Positions 1 to 12,987 of a stretch of 64,000 nucleotides of DNA are shown one piece after another. The translations under genes were made by a program, and so were the position numbers. Every line of letters starts with the position of its first letter. The first letter of the stretch is position 1. This DNA comes from Mobula birostris (lineage: Eukaryota), in assembly GCF_030028105.1 (NCBI RefSeq), contig NC_092390.1, positions 7,006,001-7,070,000 of the forward strand, read 5' to 3'. Under the pieces are notes generated by a model. The model did not search any database and was not told the DNA's origin. It saw only the letters and a list, made by a program, of their open reading frames with translations.

Positions 1-258
1 GAGGAGTAAGTTTTTTTTCACCCAGAGTGGTAGATGGCCTGGAATGCGATGCCTGGTATGGCGGTGGAGGCAAATGTGTAAGAGGCTATTAAGAAACGTT
101 TGGATAGGCACATGGATGTAAGGCAGATGGAGGGATACGGACATTGTGTAGAAGGAGGGATTAATGTTTGAGTGTTTTTGATTTGCTTTTTAGCAGGTTC
201 GGCACAACACTGTGGGCTGAATGGCCTGTTCCTGTGTTGTACTGTTCTACATTCTATG
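1..258 (+). mobile_element. CR1-type LINE 3' fragment
   Basis: Similar to the 3' end of the CR1 at 17540-17760 (ggcacaacactgtgggctgaatggcctgttcctgtgttgtactgttcta). Confidence 0.85.
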
Positions 259-471
259 GCCTAGAGCACTTCGTGTTCAGGGCACCGCTTCTGAAGAGTG
301 GCAAGTTTCAAGCAAGTGGCAAAGCAGTGAGCTGGTCCGTGTACAGCAAGGTCCAAATAACTTAACCAGAATATCACAGGGGACCGTTGTAGATTATCAG
401 CTCCATATCCTAGGTGCTATATCCCTGCGTAGGCTTTTATTAAAGGTAGTTTTTCATCAAGTTACAATGAA

Positions 472-472
<1 letters not shown>

Positions 473-505
<33 letters not shown>

Positions 506-760
506 CCCTATATAAATAGCAGAGTCACCTGTACATACACCATACACACGCATATGCATCCACACAAACACCATGGACACAAGCACCACACAAATACACA
601 CACACACACCACACGTGTATACACAAGCTCCACATGCACATAAACACACAGCCATCACACCCCACCCAAACATACTCACACACATACACCCCATCCACAC
701 AAATATCTCACGTGCACACGACACACAGTGTCCCCCCTCTCTCTCTCACACACACACACA
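473..760. repeat. (CA)n microsatellite and degenerate CA-rich tract
   Basis: Direct inspection; explains the His/Thr and Cys/Val ORFs here. Confidence 0.95.
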
Positions 761-1103
761 AAATCAAAGATCACAAGGCAGAGACAGGTGACTTGTGCTG
801 ACCTGAATATGGTAGTGCTGCTGGTAGACGTAGAAACAGGTCTCAATTTGACAACAAAAATTCAGAGATATTACATCAATATATCAGAACAAACACATTT
901 GTTCACTCAAAATAGCACTCAGAGCAAATTGCTGCCCTAGATAATGCTGAGGCCTGACAGACTGATATTTTTCCTTGGAGCAGAGATGTGAAGCGGAGGG
1001 GCTGGTCAAAGTACAGCTCTCCACACCACATGACCACTTGCCTGGAGGCAGCAAGAGTGAGGATTCCTGGCAGATGGCTTCCTCCAAACTACATTAATCA
1101 CTG

Positions 1104-1325
1104 GGTAACACACACCAAATGCTGGAAGAACTAACTCAGCCGGTCAAGCATCATCTATAGAGAGAAGAAACAGTCGATGTTTGGGACCAAGACCCTTCTT
1201 CAGGGCTCAGACTGAAACACTGACTGCATATTCCTCTCCATCGATGCTGCCTGACCTGCTGAGCTCTCTACCATCTTGTGTCAGTTACTCTGGATTTCCA
1301 GAGTCTGCAGAATATCTTGTGTTTA
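1104..1325. mobile_element. Inverted pair of Penelope-like terminal repeats (pLTR fragments)
   Basis: Left arm (aaatgctggaagaact...cagtcgatgttt...gacccttcttcag) is the approximate reverse complement of the right arm (gaaacactgactg...gatgctgcctgacctgctgag); the same repeat lies 3' of GIY-YIG ORF remnants elsewhere in the window. Confidence 0.8.
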
Positions 1326-1605
1326 CATAAATCTCTAGCCCATGTCCCTAAACCTTTTTATGCGATGCAGTCTTACCATTAACCAAGGGATCTGACAATT
1401 CCAGCCTGGAAACCCTTGCCCTAAACAAAGGTCATCTGAGTCCACTTTAAGCCCAACCTACAAATTGGTCACAATTTGTACACTTGGTTCAGAAGTGAAG
1501 TGCAGTGTAAGTGGTGAATTATCCCAAAGGCTGCAAGTGCCCAGTCAGTAGATGACAGAAAGTGAAAGGGTGAGCCAGAGAGACAAGAAATAACAACAAA
1601 TCATG

Positions 1606-2045
1606 AACACAAGGGATTCTGCAGATGCTGCTAATCCAGGGTAACACACACAAAATGCTGGAGGAACTCAGCAGGCCAGGCAGCATCTACGGAGAGGAAT
1701 TAAATAACCAATGTTTCGGACCAGATCCTTCATGGAGAGGAAGGGAGACAAATCCCGAATAAGGAGGTTGGGGAAAGGGGAAGGAGTACAAGCCGACAGG
1801 TGATAAGTCAGACCAGGTGAGGGGGGAAGTTGGGTGGGGAGGGGGAAGAGGATGGAGTGAGAAGCTGTGAGGTGATAGGAGGAAAAGGTAAGGGGATGAA
1901 GAAACAGGAATCTGATAGAAGAGAGTGGACCACGGAAGGAGGGGAAGGAGGTGATGGGCATGTGAAGAGGAGAGGTAAAAGGGAAGCCAGAAAGGAAAAT
2001 GAAAAAGGACAGAAGGTGCTAGAGGTAAAAAATTACCAGAAATTG
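1606..2045 (-). mobile_element. Penelope-like element 3' terminal fragment
   Basis: Matches 12899-13330 (ctgcagatgctg...cacacaaaatgctggaggaactcagcaggccaggcagcatc plus purine-rich tract). Confidence 0.8.
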
Positions 2046-2267
2046 TCAGGTGCTCATGCTGTCAGTTTGGAGGAACCTGAAGGAAAGGAACAGTCCCTCC
2101 CGAATGCGGAAAAGGGCTGTGTGTTGTCAGTCTCTCCCCAGATCATTCACCCTTCTACGGGTCTGAAATGGAAAATCAACACCAAGACATTGAATTGGAA
2201 GAAGCAGAAGTAAATCAACATTTTATTTGAAAGGGAAGGGTTGAAAAATTGAGTCAGTTATTGTATC

Positions 2268-2425
2268 ACACACAAAATGATGGAGGAACTCAGCAGGTCA
2301 GGCAGCATCTATGGAGGAGAATAAACAGCTGGGTTTACCCTCTTCATTAGGAGGGGTATCAGCTCAAAGCGTCAACTAGTTATTCCCCTCCAGGCCCTGC
2401 TGAGTGCCTGCAGCATTTTGCATGA
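2268..2425. mobile_element. Short inverted pair of Penelope-like terminal repeats
   Basis: cacacaaaatgatggaggaactcagcagg ... ccctgctgagtgcctgcagcattttg in inverted orientation. Confidence 0.7.
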
Positions 2426-2753
2426 GTCTCAGAATTTGGAACATTCCAGCTTCAGGGGCAAGGAGATGAGGGCTGATGTCAGTGTTTCTCAGCTGGACTG
2501 CATGAGTTACTCTCTGACACAAGTGCACATTTGTGGCGTGTTCTCATCATGGAACTGATGGGCTTTTTAATCTGTTAATATTATTTTATGTGCTGTATGT
2601 GATATACGTTCGTGTTTCGTGACTTGTTCCCAGAGGGACGTTATTTCATTTAGCTGTGTACATGTGTACAGTTGAATGACAATACATTTAAGCTTGGACT
2701 TGATTACCCTGCCCTCTCCCACCTTCTTATTCTGGCTCCCACCCGTTCCTTTC

Positions 2754-2791
2754 CAGTCCTGATGAAGGGTCTCAGCCCAAAACATTGACTG
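2754..2791 (+). ncRNA. Degenerate minimal hammerhead ribozyme motif in Penelope repeat (repeat ~2705-2873)
   Basis: cagtc-CTGATGA-agggtctcagccc-AAAAcatt-gactg; stem I cagtc/gactg intact, G12 changed to A. Confidence 0.75.
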
Positions 2792-3633
2792 TTTATAGAT
2801 GCTGCCTGCGTTCCTCCAGTATTTCGTGTGTGTCGCTCTCGGTCTCCAGCACCTACAGAATCCCTTGTGTTTAAGTCCTACATCTTTTGTGGTTGAGTTA
2901 GAGGTGCATGAGAAGGAGATGGTTGCTGAAGATGGTAAGACAGAACAGGGAAAGGAACCAGGACAGGAATGGTCCCTCTGCAATGCTGAAAGGGAAGTGG
3001 TGGTGCTGCTTTGAATAAAGGTTACAGGAATGAAGGGGCCAAATGGCCTGTAATAGAGATAACGATGAAACGATAAAGATTAACGTTATTTGTCACATCC
3101 ACATCGAAACACACAGTGAAATGCGTCATTTGCATCAATGACCAACACAACCCGAGGATGCGTTGGGGCAACCCAGAAATGTTGCCATGCTTCTGGTGCC
3201 AATATAACAAGCTGTTGGATTACACTGTATAATTGTTACTTTCACTGTAGTCTGACCTTTCTCATGTCTGCTTGTATTCCACACAATTGTTCGCATGTCC
3301 CCTAGTGGTTACAGTTCTTGATATTATTCTGGAAGCTTTTTGGGGAGATACAGTCTATCTGACTGGTTAACTCTTATCTACAAATTTGAATGGAATGGCT
3401 GTTATCAATGGTATAAGAAGAGCAGAGCATGTTGGCTTGTTATCTTTTCTTCTTTAATTGTTCTCTCCCCTTCATAGCATTCTCTCTATTCTTGCTACTC
3501 TCCTTTTCAAATTCCTCGTCCTCTTTGTGCTTAATAAAATTATTGTGAGCAATGAGTTATATGCCTCATTCTTGACTATGGAAAGAACCTCAAACAAAAA
3601 CATCAGATTCCAACAATACCACAGCTACACGAA

Positions 3634-4123
3634 AACCCAATTTATACTTCTGCGTTAAATGTACGCCGTAGGTACGGTGTAGCCGCGTACCCTACACTGT
3701 ATTCTATGCCGAACCCTACACCGTAGCCTAATGCGCCCAAAATGTAACTACGCATCGCGGCGACACAGACCGCAACAACTGTGATTGGTTCGCTTGGTAG
3801 CATCGCATTTCCTCCTACACATTTCCAGTTGCTGTTTCTTCTCTGCCATTTCAGAATTGAGAGAGAAGAAACTCTTGTTCAACATTTATTAGCTCTAACT
3901 CCAACATGATGCGCTCAGTTCCAATCGCCATTGTTTGTAGTACGGGAAGAAACTCAACACAGTGGCATAGAAACCCCACCGCCAACTAGCGTTTTGGCGG
4001 TGAATTGCAGAGCGACACAGACACACTAACACACAAGTATAAATGCTCACAACGGCGTAGGTCACTTGCGTAGGCTACGGCGTAAGCTACAGCGTAGCCC
4101 ATACGCACAAGTATAAATCAGCC
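3634..4123. mobile_element. Non-autonomous DNA transposon (MITE), probably PIF/Harbinger
   Basis: Terminal inverted repeats atttatacttctgcgt / acgcacaagtataaat (15/16 match), subterminal cgtag/ctacg repeats, CpG-rich, ttaa on the right flank. Superfamily from recalled TIR type. Confidence 0.7.
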
Positions 4124-6499
4124 TTAACCCTAATCCATACGTCTTTAGAATATGTGGGAAACCGGGAGCACCCAGAGGAAATTCATCGATTTAAGAGCCG
4201 AACTGAATTGGAAAGCTTTGGTTCTGTCCGTATTGAGGTGACGGGACCCGAGGTTATGGGTGAGGAACGACCTGAGTTTTGGATGATTTAAGCACCGAGC
4301 CAAATTGAATGGATCAGGATGTCGGGGTTGGAGGTGAGAGATGGGCCAGTTTGGCTTGCTGCTCTGCGGGGTTTTCTCGTCTCTGAGCTGGACTGAGATC
4401 GTGGCCTGCAACTCGTGAATGTCTGAATCGGCTGCAGTGATGCTTAGCTTTGTGAATTTCAGTTCTGAATGAAATTTGCTTGCTTTTATTGTTTGCACGA
4501 TTCATTCTTTTTTTCTCTCTCTCTGCACACCAGGTGTTTGGATGGTCTTTTGTTTTTAATGGATTCTATTGGGGTTCTTGGCTACCTGTAAGAAGACAAA
4601 TCTCAAGGTTGTATAATGCATACATACTTTGAAATAAAATGTATTTTGTACTTTGTAGTTTGAAACCCACATGGTCCAGGGAGAACATACAAACTCCTTA
4701 CGGACAGCAGCAGGAACCAAACCCTGGTGCCATGAAGCGTGGTCACTGTAATGTCACCTTTACGTACTGTATGACCACATATCAGGAAACTGCTGGGATA
4801 GTGTACATCTCTCAGCCAACCAGACAAGCTGCAAGGAGATAGCGATAGAGTGACGGAAGATCTGCATTCTGTTGCCTGCTGCCTACACTCATTAATCTAC
4901 TCATAAAAACTAAGGGCTCTTCACCTCATCTTCTTGATATTTATTGCTTATTTATGTTTTTTTTCTTCTCTTTCTTTTTGTATTTGTACAGTTTGATGGG
5001 TTTATTTTTTGCACACTGATTGTTGTCCTTTACTGATTCTATTGTGTTTCTTGTATTTTCTGTGATTGCCCACAAGAAAAATGAATCTCAGGGTTGTATA
5101 TGGTGACAGATGTACTCTGATAATAAATTTACTTTAAACTTTGAATTATTCATCCCTACTACGAGATGCTCATGAAAATGTGCTGTAAACAGGCACAACA
5201 TACGGAGGTCAAGACTGGAGCTTCAGGCTCAGCTTGTAGACCAGAAAGATGAAATATCTGTTATAACTGCGCATTGCCAGAATGAGGGAGAGTGGGTGTT
5301 CAGACCCTGTTATGGAGCCTCCAATTGTTACTGCTGTTGCAAGAAGTACTTTCAATCCCCTGTTGTCTTTTGTTAGCAAAAGCTTTGATGTACAGAACAG
5401 CATAGAAACTGGCCCTCCTTACCAAGACTCCCATCTAAGCTGGTCCTATTTGTCTGCATCTAGCTCGTCACCTTCTAAACCGGGGGTTCCCAACCTTTAT
5501 TACGCCATGGTTGTTTTTTAAACGGTTTAAGCCCCATCATCCCTACTGGGGCCTAGACAGCAGCCTGTCAGAGGCCTCTACCTCTGCCCTGGGCCAGTTT
5601 TTCAGGCTGTCTCCAGGTGTGGCACCTTTTCTTGGTTAGAGAGGAGGCCTTTAGAGCTTCAGCTGGGTTTCTGGAGCACTGGGTTTTCTTATTTGCTTTG
5701 CACCAGGCCTTGTGCTCTTCCACCTCCTCTCTGCAGGCCACCTACCTCGTCATTACTGGTAACGGGCCCCAACTCTGTCGAGTCATTGGTGAATCTGACA
5801 GTGTGGTTACTCAGTTATTACTTGGTTCCCTGTATACATCTGCCCTATCTATGCCCACCACTACCCTATATACAGTACTCTGAAAGATCAGCCCTCATTC
5901 TCTTATGCTCCAATGAAAATGCTCAACCTCTCTCCAAAACTCAGTCCCTTGAGCCCCGGGAATCTCCTGAGTATATCATTATCCATTACACTGCCTGACT
6001 TACTGAGTTCCCCTTGTACACATCGATTGTTGAGAGTCTCGTGTACCCTTGCAGAATCTCAGAGACAGATTATCTACAAGAGTAACATTTCTGTGCTCCT
6101 CGGAAACAATCACACTTCAAGGATATAAAAGCTGGCATGCAACGCTTGCATTTCGCTTCCTTGAAAAGAATTAGGATTCAGGATTGTTTAATGTCATTTC
6201 TAGTACGCAAGTGTAAAGGAGACAAAATAATTGTACCTCTGCATCTGATGCAGCACAGAACAAAACACAACAAGATAAAGTACATAATAATAATAAAAAC
6301 ACAATACAAATACATATGATATCTTGTATACATAGATTGATTGTATGTCCATAAAGTGATTCTGAGCACGAGTGATGCTTGGCGTTAACAAGTCAGGGGA
6401 AGACACAAGGATAGAATTTTGTCGGTGATGTGAGGGTGAATTACATGGGTAAAGGGACAGTAGTAATGTGGCAGCTTCCCACATGACTAAAAGTAGCCT

Positions 6500-7188
6500 T
6501 TCAAAGTTTAAAGTACACTTATTACCAAAGTATGTATACACGACCTTGAGAGACGCATCTACAACCTTGAAATTCATCTTCTTACAGACAGCTACAAAGC
6601 AACCCAATAGAACCCATTTAAAAAAACTGTCATTCACCCAATGTGTGGGAAAAAAACAAATCGTACAAACAATAAAAAGAAAACACGGAACACTCAGAAC
6701 TAAAGTTCACAGAGGTGAGTCCACAGCCACAAAGCCAGCTTATCGCTGGTGCCGGCCCGTTAGTTGCCTCGGTTCAGCGCACAGACGAGTAAACCTCGCC
6801 AAGCAGCGAGCTGAACACCGGCTCGTCCCTTGCCTCCGGCCCCAACCTTTTCAATCTGACCAAGCGCATAAATGGGCCAAACACTGGCTTGTACCTCACT
6901 CCCAGCCCCGGGCCCTGCTGTTTTAATTTGGCTCCAATTCCGCTCCATTAGTGGCCGAACATCAGCCCATTCCTCACCCTCGGGCCCAGGCCCTGGCCCC
7001 ACTGCCTCGATTCAACACATACCGGCCACACCGTAATCCCACTGCACCTTTGAGACTCCAGTTCACACTGCAACAATGTTAGGTTCAAAACCACGACTCC
7101 AAAAGCAAATTTGCAGGCTATTAAATGGCTAGTTAGTAGATTTCTTTGCTGCCAGTAAGGTATCATTGTGTCTCACCAATGTCATCTT
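6500..7188 (-). mobile_element. Non-autonomous retroelement with Rex1/Babar-type 3' tail
   Basis: Tail aataagtgtactttaaactttga on the minus strand, shared with many copies; 5' end aagatgac resembles the AAGATGGCG start of 22914-23595. Confidence 0.55.
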
Positions 7189-7579
7189 ACACTGTAATTG
7201 AATTGCATGGAAACAGGCTGTTCGGCCCAACTTGTGCCTGCTATCCACATTGCCTGCCACAGCTATCCCTCATTTGCCTGTATTTGGTCCATACCCCTCT
7301 AAACCATTTCTATCCATGTACAAGTCCACATGTCTTTTAAGCACTGTAATTGTACATGCCTCTACCACTGCCTCTGGCACCCGCCACCCTCTGAATGGAA
7401 AAAGTTGCCTCTCACCTAGAATCGACCCCTCCAAAACGTCTCTTGTTCCTTAATTCACACATCACCAACAATTCCCCACTGGAGAAAATGAGACACAAAG
7501 TTTCATATGAAAATACATGCATTTGGTGTTTATATTATCGCCTTCGTAACATCAGATGACACAACCAGACACTGTCCCT

Positions 7580-7920
7580 GCTTACTCACTTACTGCCCAT
7601 TACACCACTGGTGTTTAGGGCAGCAATGAAGGTCCTCCATCTTTGTGTGTCTTTGGCCACTCAGACGTAGAAGAATTCTTCATTGCTGTTTCCGTTACAG
7701 CTTTGTTTTACCAGTCAGGGTTGTTAGCCCTGAGCAGAACCCCTGAACCTGGAGGACCAGTGGATCACTCTTGGCCTGGCCTCTACCCTTTGACCTGTTT
7801 GGCATGAGTGACCCTGCCAAGAACCAAAGCATAAAGCCCTGACTCCAGCCAGCGTAGCTCTCTGAGGTCAGTGAGCCACGCAAGCCTCCAAACCACGATA
7901 AGGTTGTGGTCCTCTTGGAG
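7580..7920 (-). mobile_element. Bipartite RTE-derived non-autonomous element
   Basis: Minus strand starts accacaaccttatcgtggtttggaggcttgcgtggctc...caaacaggtc (RTE-like 5' UTR) and ends gatggaggaccttcattgctgccctaaac...gtaagtgagtaag (RTE-like tail); no ORF between. Confidence 0.65.
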
Positions 7921-8084
7921 AACCGTTGCTATTAAAACATAGGAAATACAGTCATTCTGCAAGCCTGCACAAACAAAAAAAAAAGTACAATAATTAAATC
8001 AATTCTTTCTTTGGTGCAACAATCAGCTGGAAGAAGTCAGCAGGAGCATTTTTTCATTATTATCTGTCATACAAGTATTTCCCA

Positions 8085-8240
8085 GTGTACCAGGGAGAAC
8101 CAATGCCACACCAGCGCCTGTTCCCACCTCTGCAAAATCTTCTCCAAAATGGTACCAGGGGTATTTTGTGGTTGCCTGCAAAGGTAGACAGGGCTTGTCT
8201 TAATGTATTATCTTAAAGACAGCCACTCTGGCAGCATCCC
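8085..8240 (-). mobile_element. Ancient Deu-domain SINE remnant (SacSINE1/AmnSINE1-like)
   Basis: Diverged match to the recalled Deu-domain consensus and to the copy at 29470-29690. Confidence 0.5.
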
Positions 8241-8735
8241 AAAAACACAAGAAACTCCAAAGATGCCAGAAACCTTGAGCAACACACACACACACACACA
8301 AAGCATGAACACCAATTTCTCTAACTTCAGTTAATTTCACCTCCCCTCCCCTTTTTCTCTTGTTCCTTTTCTCATTCTGGCTCCCTTCTCACCACTTCTC
8401 CTCACCTGCCTATATCACCTCCCTCTGGTGCTCCTCTTCCTTCTCTTTCTCCCATGGTCTATTGTTCTCTCCTATCAAATTCCTTCTTCTTCACCTCTTT
8501 AACTTTGCTGCCTATCACCTGCCAGCTTCTCATTTTCATTTGACCTCCCCCACATCCACACACCCTCTCCCTCACCTGCCAGCTTGTATTCCTCCACCTC
8601 ACCCCCCACATATTCTGGCTTCTGCCCCCTCTTTTCCAGTCCTAATGAATGGCCTTGACTTGAGACATTGTCTGTTTATTCCTCTCCCTAGACGCTGCCT
8701 GGCTTGCTGAATTCCTCCAGCACTTTGATTGTGTA
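8241..8735 (+). mobile_element. Penelope-like terminal fragment with short inverted 5' piece
   Basis: Pyrimidine-rich tract, hammerhead relic at 8637-8674 and agacgctgcctggcttgctgaattcctccagc; inverted terminal piece at 8241-8300. Confidence 0.75.
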
Positions 8736-9388
8736 TCTGCGGAAGCATGATGCTCCCTCTGTACCACTCCCAAAGATCAAACCTACGTCCAGGTCAGATG
8801 CCTGAATTTAATCCTAGGATAGGATAGAACATGAGACCGTTTGAGAAAGGAGAAAGGAAGAGATACAGGGGAAAAGCCCGACTTCTGCTTTTGAAAAGCA
8901 AAGTTTGAAGATGCTGGAAATAGGATGCAAATACTTAGCATTCACCAACCTTCTTGATATAACAGCTTCTTCCCTCAGGCTGAGAGATGAATAATACCCT
9001 GCCACCTCCAGGTTTTGTCCCTAGGTCAGTGAGATGTTTACTGTACTGTTTACCTGTGCTGGGCACTACATGCATTTTGGAATTATATTTTGTTAACAGT
9101 TACATTATATTTTGGTTTATGTGCAGTGTTGTGGGTGCACTGTTATTCAGGAAAAGGTTGTTGTGTTTGGTTGTATATATGTACAGTCAGATGACAATAA
9201 ACTTGAACGATCCTGTTTACACTGTGTTTCTCTCTCCACAGACGCTGCCTGGCCCACTGAATGTTTCCAGTAGCTTCTAGTTTTATTCCATTTCCCCTGA
9301 AACTTGGCCCAAACCCAAATGGACAAGGGCCAGAAGTCCACTGCAGTCTTGGAAAAACTGACACGAGGTCTCAGAAAATAAAACTTAC

Positions 9389-9414
9389 TGACAGGGAGCT
9401 AAAAATGCTGAGAC
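9389..9414 (-). other. Candidate 26-nt microexon of a minus-strand host gene
   Basis: Acceptor ttgttttcttttgagtctctttttttctttcccaAG, exon GTCTCAGCATTTTTAGCTCCCTGTCA, donor GTAAGTT; lies in apparently unique sequence. Confidence 0.5.
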
Positions 9415-9875
9415 CTTGGGAAAGAAAAAAAGAGACTCAAAAGAAAACAATTGCATAAATGGCCCGTGAAGATGGGTTTTGCTTTCAAGACAAGTGAACA
9501 AGTCCAGTCTCTTTTTATTACATTGCTGTTAGGATTATTGCTGCTGTGGGAGTCCTCCAGCACAGTTCTCTTCGTTTCTCTGCTGGAAGTTTAATGATGA
9601 AGGTAAACTGTAGAAGTTTGCTGTAAGCTGCAGACACACCAGAGACTCCTGTCTGCCTCTTGGTCAGGATGCCTTTTCCTTACGATAGTAGAAGAGGCTG
9701 TTCAGCCCATTGAGTCTCTGCTAGCTCCCACTGCAATTCCATTTCCTCATTAATTTGTTTGTTACACTCTCTCTTAAACACTCATCAACACCCCTCTGAT
9801 TCCCCTTCTACCCATCAATCTTCAGGGTAACTTCCATTCACCGAATCAACCACCCAAGCTGCACATATTTGGGAT

Positions 9876-10459
9876 AAGATATAAGAGCAGAATTAGGCCA
9901 TTTGGCCCATTGAGTCTACTCCGCCATTTCATCATGGCTGATCCATTTCTCTTCTTGGCTCCAATCTCCCGCCTTCTCCCCATATCCCTTCATGCCCTGA
10001 CCAATCAAGAATCTATTAACCTCTGCTTTAAATGTACGTAAAGACTTGGCCTCCACAGCCACCTGTGGCAACGAATTCCACAGATTCACCACTCTCTGGC
10101 TAAAGAAATTCTTCCTCATCTGTTCTAAAAAGACGTCCCTCTATTCTGAGGCTGTGTCCTCTGGTCCTAGACTCTCCCACCAGTAGGAAACATCCTCTCC
10201 ACAACCACTCTATTGAGGCTTTTCAACATTCGATAGGTTTCAATTAGGTCACCCCTCATTCTTTTGAGTTCCAGTGAGTGGAGGCCCAGAGCCATCAAAC
10301 GCTCTTCATATGACAAGCCTTTCAATCCTGGAATCATTTTCGTGAAATCTTCTTTGAACCCTCTCTAGTGTCAGTATATCATGTCTTAGATAAGGGGCTC
10401 AAAACTGCTCACAATACTCCAGGTGAGGCCTCAGCAGTGCTTTAGAAAGGCTGAACACT
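9876..10459 (-). mobile_element. CR1 LINE 3' fragment inserted in a V-SINE
   Basis: ORF 9916-10119 MRKNFFSQRVVNLWNSLP is the CR1 ORF2 C-terminus; host SINE ttgggat / gatgtgcgaggaaactggagc resumes after it. Confidence 0.9.
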
Positions 10460-10810
10460 GATGTGCGAGGAAACTGGAGCAGCTAGTGGGGGTGGGGAGA
10501 AGCAGGGCTCAGAGAGATGGTGCAGACTCCACAGAGACAGCATCCAAGGTCAGATGTGAGGTCGAGGTCCGTGGGGCTGTAAGGCAGCAACACCGAGTGC
10601 TGTAACGCTCTGCTACGCTCCCCACATTCACAGGATCACTGGCGTGTATTGCCATCACTAATCACCATTGTACAACGTGGCCTGCTAGAGAAATGCAGAG
10701 AGGAGCCTCTGTGTCCCACACAGAGATGCCCATCTTCCCACTGAAAATGATGCAAGCAAACCAGACGAGGACTGTGTTCCAACTTCATTTCATTGTTTTG
10801 GTTTAAATTT

Positions 10811-11125
10811 TGTGGGTGGCGGTGTAGAGATACGTCTATACCAAAGGAGGTGTAAGGTGCTCCCTCCCTCCCTCCACTAGCCTGGACGTCACCCTTGGGC
10901 AAGGTATAGCACCCGCCAGCCCCCCTGATCAGGGGCACGTGAAGCCATGGGAGATGTATGAGCAGCTGGTGCATATCACATGTCCTGGTGATGCGACCAC
11001 TGACGCCAGGCAGACAATCTCTGAAGAGTATTGATAATGGCTGGGGTCACCCACCTTGTAAAGGCACTGCCCAGAAGGTAATGGCAAACCACTTCTGTAG
11101 AAAAAATTGCCAAGAACCATCATGT
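10811..11125 (+). mobile_element. Short RTE-related retroelement (copy 1 of 3)
   Basis: Collinear with 49588-49968 (+) and 60641-61030 (-); contains gaaggtaatggcaaaccacttctg, resembling the BovB/Bov-A RTE motif. Confidence 0.7.
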
Positions 11126-11199
11126 CAGACCTCATGCTTGCATTACAAGTCTGAGAAGGCATGGCTGAAGTCACGGAGAAGGAGCCCTGCTGTACAGTG

Positions 11200-11432
11200 G
11201 GTGGCATGGTGGTTAGCATAATACTGTTACAGCACCAGTGACCCGATTCAGTTCTGTGCTGTCTGCAAGGAGTTATGTTCTCCTCGTGACCATGTGGGCT
11301 TACTCAAGGTGCTCCGGTTTCCTCTCATTCCAAAGGTTAGCAGGTTAATTGGTCACATGGGTACAATCGGGTGGCACAAACACATTTGGCCAGATGGGCC
11401 TGATACAGTGCTGTATCTCTGGATAAATAAAA
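11200..11432 (+). mobile_element. tRNA-derived V-SINE (HE1-like)
   Basis: A-box-like tggcatggtgg, V-domain gttctcctcgtgaccatgtggg...ggtgctccggtttcct, tail gctgtatctc...aataaa. Confidence 0.8.
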
Positions 11433-11840
11433 TTTAATTTAAAAATTCACTAACTTACCAAAACATCTTGATTTAATGGCTTCCACGTTGAGTAAAAAAA
11501 AAACCCAAATCTAATTTAAAAAAGGAATCAAATATGTTCTGCAGTTTTCCTTCTACTTTACTCTCCGCATATTTCCAAACTCATTAAGAAAGCAAGGCTG
11601 TCCAGACAGCAACAAGCCTGAGGCCTACACATTTGGGCAGGTGACCAAGTGCAGAGACACAGACACATCTGAACTTCCCTGGAAACACCGACATCTGACA
11701 ATGAATGTCCTGGGCCCAGCACACAGGAAGACACACCAGCATTTTTTTACTTTCTTAGGAGATGAAGGAGGTTCACCTCGTCACCAAACACTAACAAGCA
11801 TCGACAGATGTACTGTTGAAAGTTCCCTGACTGGTAGCAT

Positions 11841-12718
11841 AAACACGAGAAAATCTGCGGATGATGGAAATCAAAGCAACACACACACACAAGATGCAGG
11901 AGGAACTCAGCAGGCCAGACAGCACCCAGGAAAAGAGTAAACTCAACGATTTGGGCCGAGACCCTTCATCAGGCCTGGAAAGGAAGCAGGAAGAAGCCAG
12001 AAGGGGAAAAGTGGGGGAAGGGAAGTACAACATGGCAGGTGATAGGTGAGACCAGGTGAGGGGGAGGATGGAGGGGCTATGAAGTGAGAAGCTGAAAAAC
12101 TCTAAGTGCAAGTGGTTAAGGGCTGAAGAAGAAGAATCTGATAGGAGAGGAGAGTGGATCAATGGAGAAAGGGAAGGAGGAGGGCACCAGAGGGAGGTGA
12201 CAGGCAGATGAGAAGGTTCCTCCTTCTTCAGCCTTTTACCTCTTCCACTTTATCACATCCTAGCTTGTTACTTTATCACCCCTCCCCCTCACCTGGTCTC
12301 ACCTATCCCTTGCCAGCTTGCAAACCTCCCCTCCCCTATACACCTGACTTCCCTCTCACCTATCACCTTCCAGCTTGTAAACCTCCCCCTTCTTATTTCC
12401 TCGTGTTTGCCCTTCTTATTCTGACCTCTTCCCCTTCCTTTCCGGTTATGATGAAGGGTCCTGGCTTGGAACGTTGAATGTTTATTTGTCTCCATAGATG
12501 TTGCCTGACCTTGCAGNNNNNNNNNNNNNNNNNNNNNNNNNNNNNNNNNNNNNNNNNNNNNNNNNNNNNNNNNNNNNNNNNNNNNNNNNNNNNNNNNNNN
12601 NNNNNNNNNNNNNNNNNNNNNNNNNNNNNNNNNNNNNNNNNNNNNNNNNNNNNNNNNNNNNNNNNNNNNNNNNNNNNNNNNNNNNNNNNNNNNNNNATCT
12701 GCAGAGTCTCTTGTGTTT
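11841..12718. mobile_element. Large inverted pair of Penelope-like terminal repeats
   Basis: 11841-~12200 minus orientation, ~12215-12718 plus orientation; outer ends aaacacgagaaaatctgcggat / atctgcagagtctcttgtgttt; hammerhead relics at 11940-11977 (-) and 12443-12480 (+). Confidence 0.8.
12517..12696. other. Assembly gap (180 N)
   Basis: Run of n. Confidence 1.
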
Positions 12719-12987
12719 ATGAGGCTTCACCCTTTCCCAAGAGTCAGTGCATTGTGAGTGGACATGATGGATAAAGAACGTTTTTTAAGTTTTCCATATC
12801 TTAATAATTTTGGGAACCTTTAGGGAAGAAATAGAAGGAAGCTATGGAGGAAAGCTCTCCAGCAGAGGTGATAAGGTGAACATGATTTACATGGACTGAG
12901 AGAATCTGCAGACGCTGGAAATCTGAGTAACACACACAAAATGCTGGAGGAACTCAGCAGGCCAGGCAGCATCTGTGGAAAAGAGTA

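Noticed and set aside
221-791. His/Thr-rich and Cys/Val-rich ORFs
   Set aside because: Translations of CA microsatellite sequence.
12478-12774. ORFs spanning the N run
   Set aside because: Artefacts of the assembly gap.
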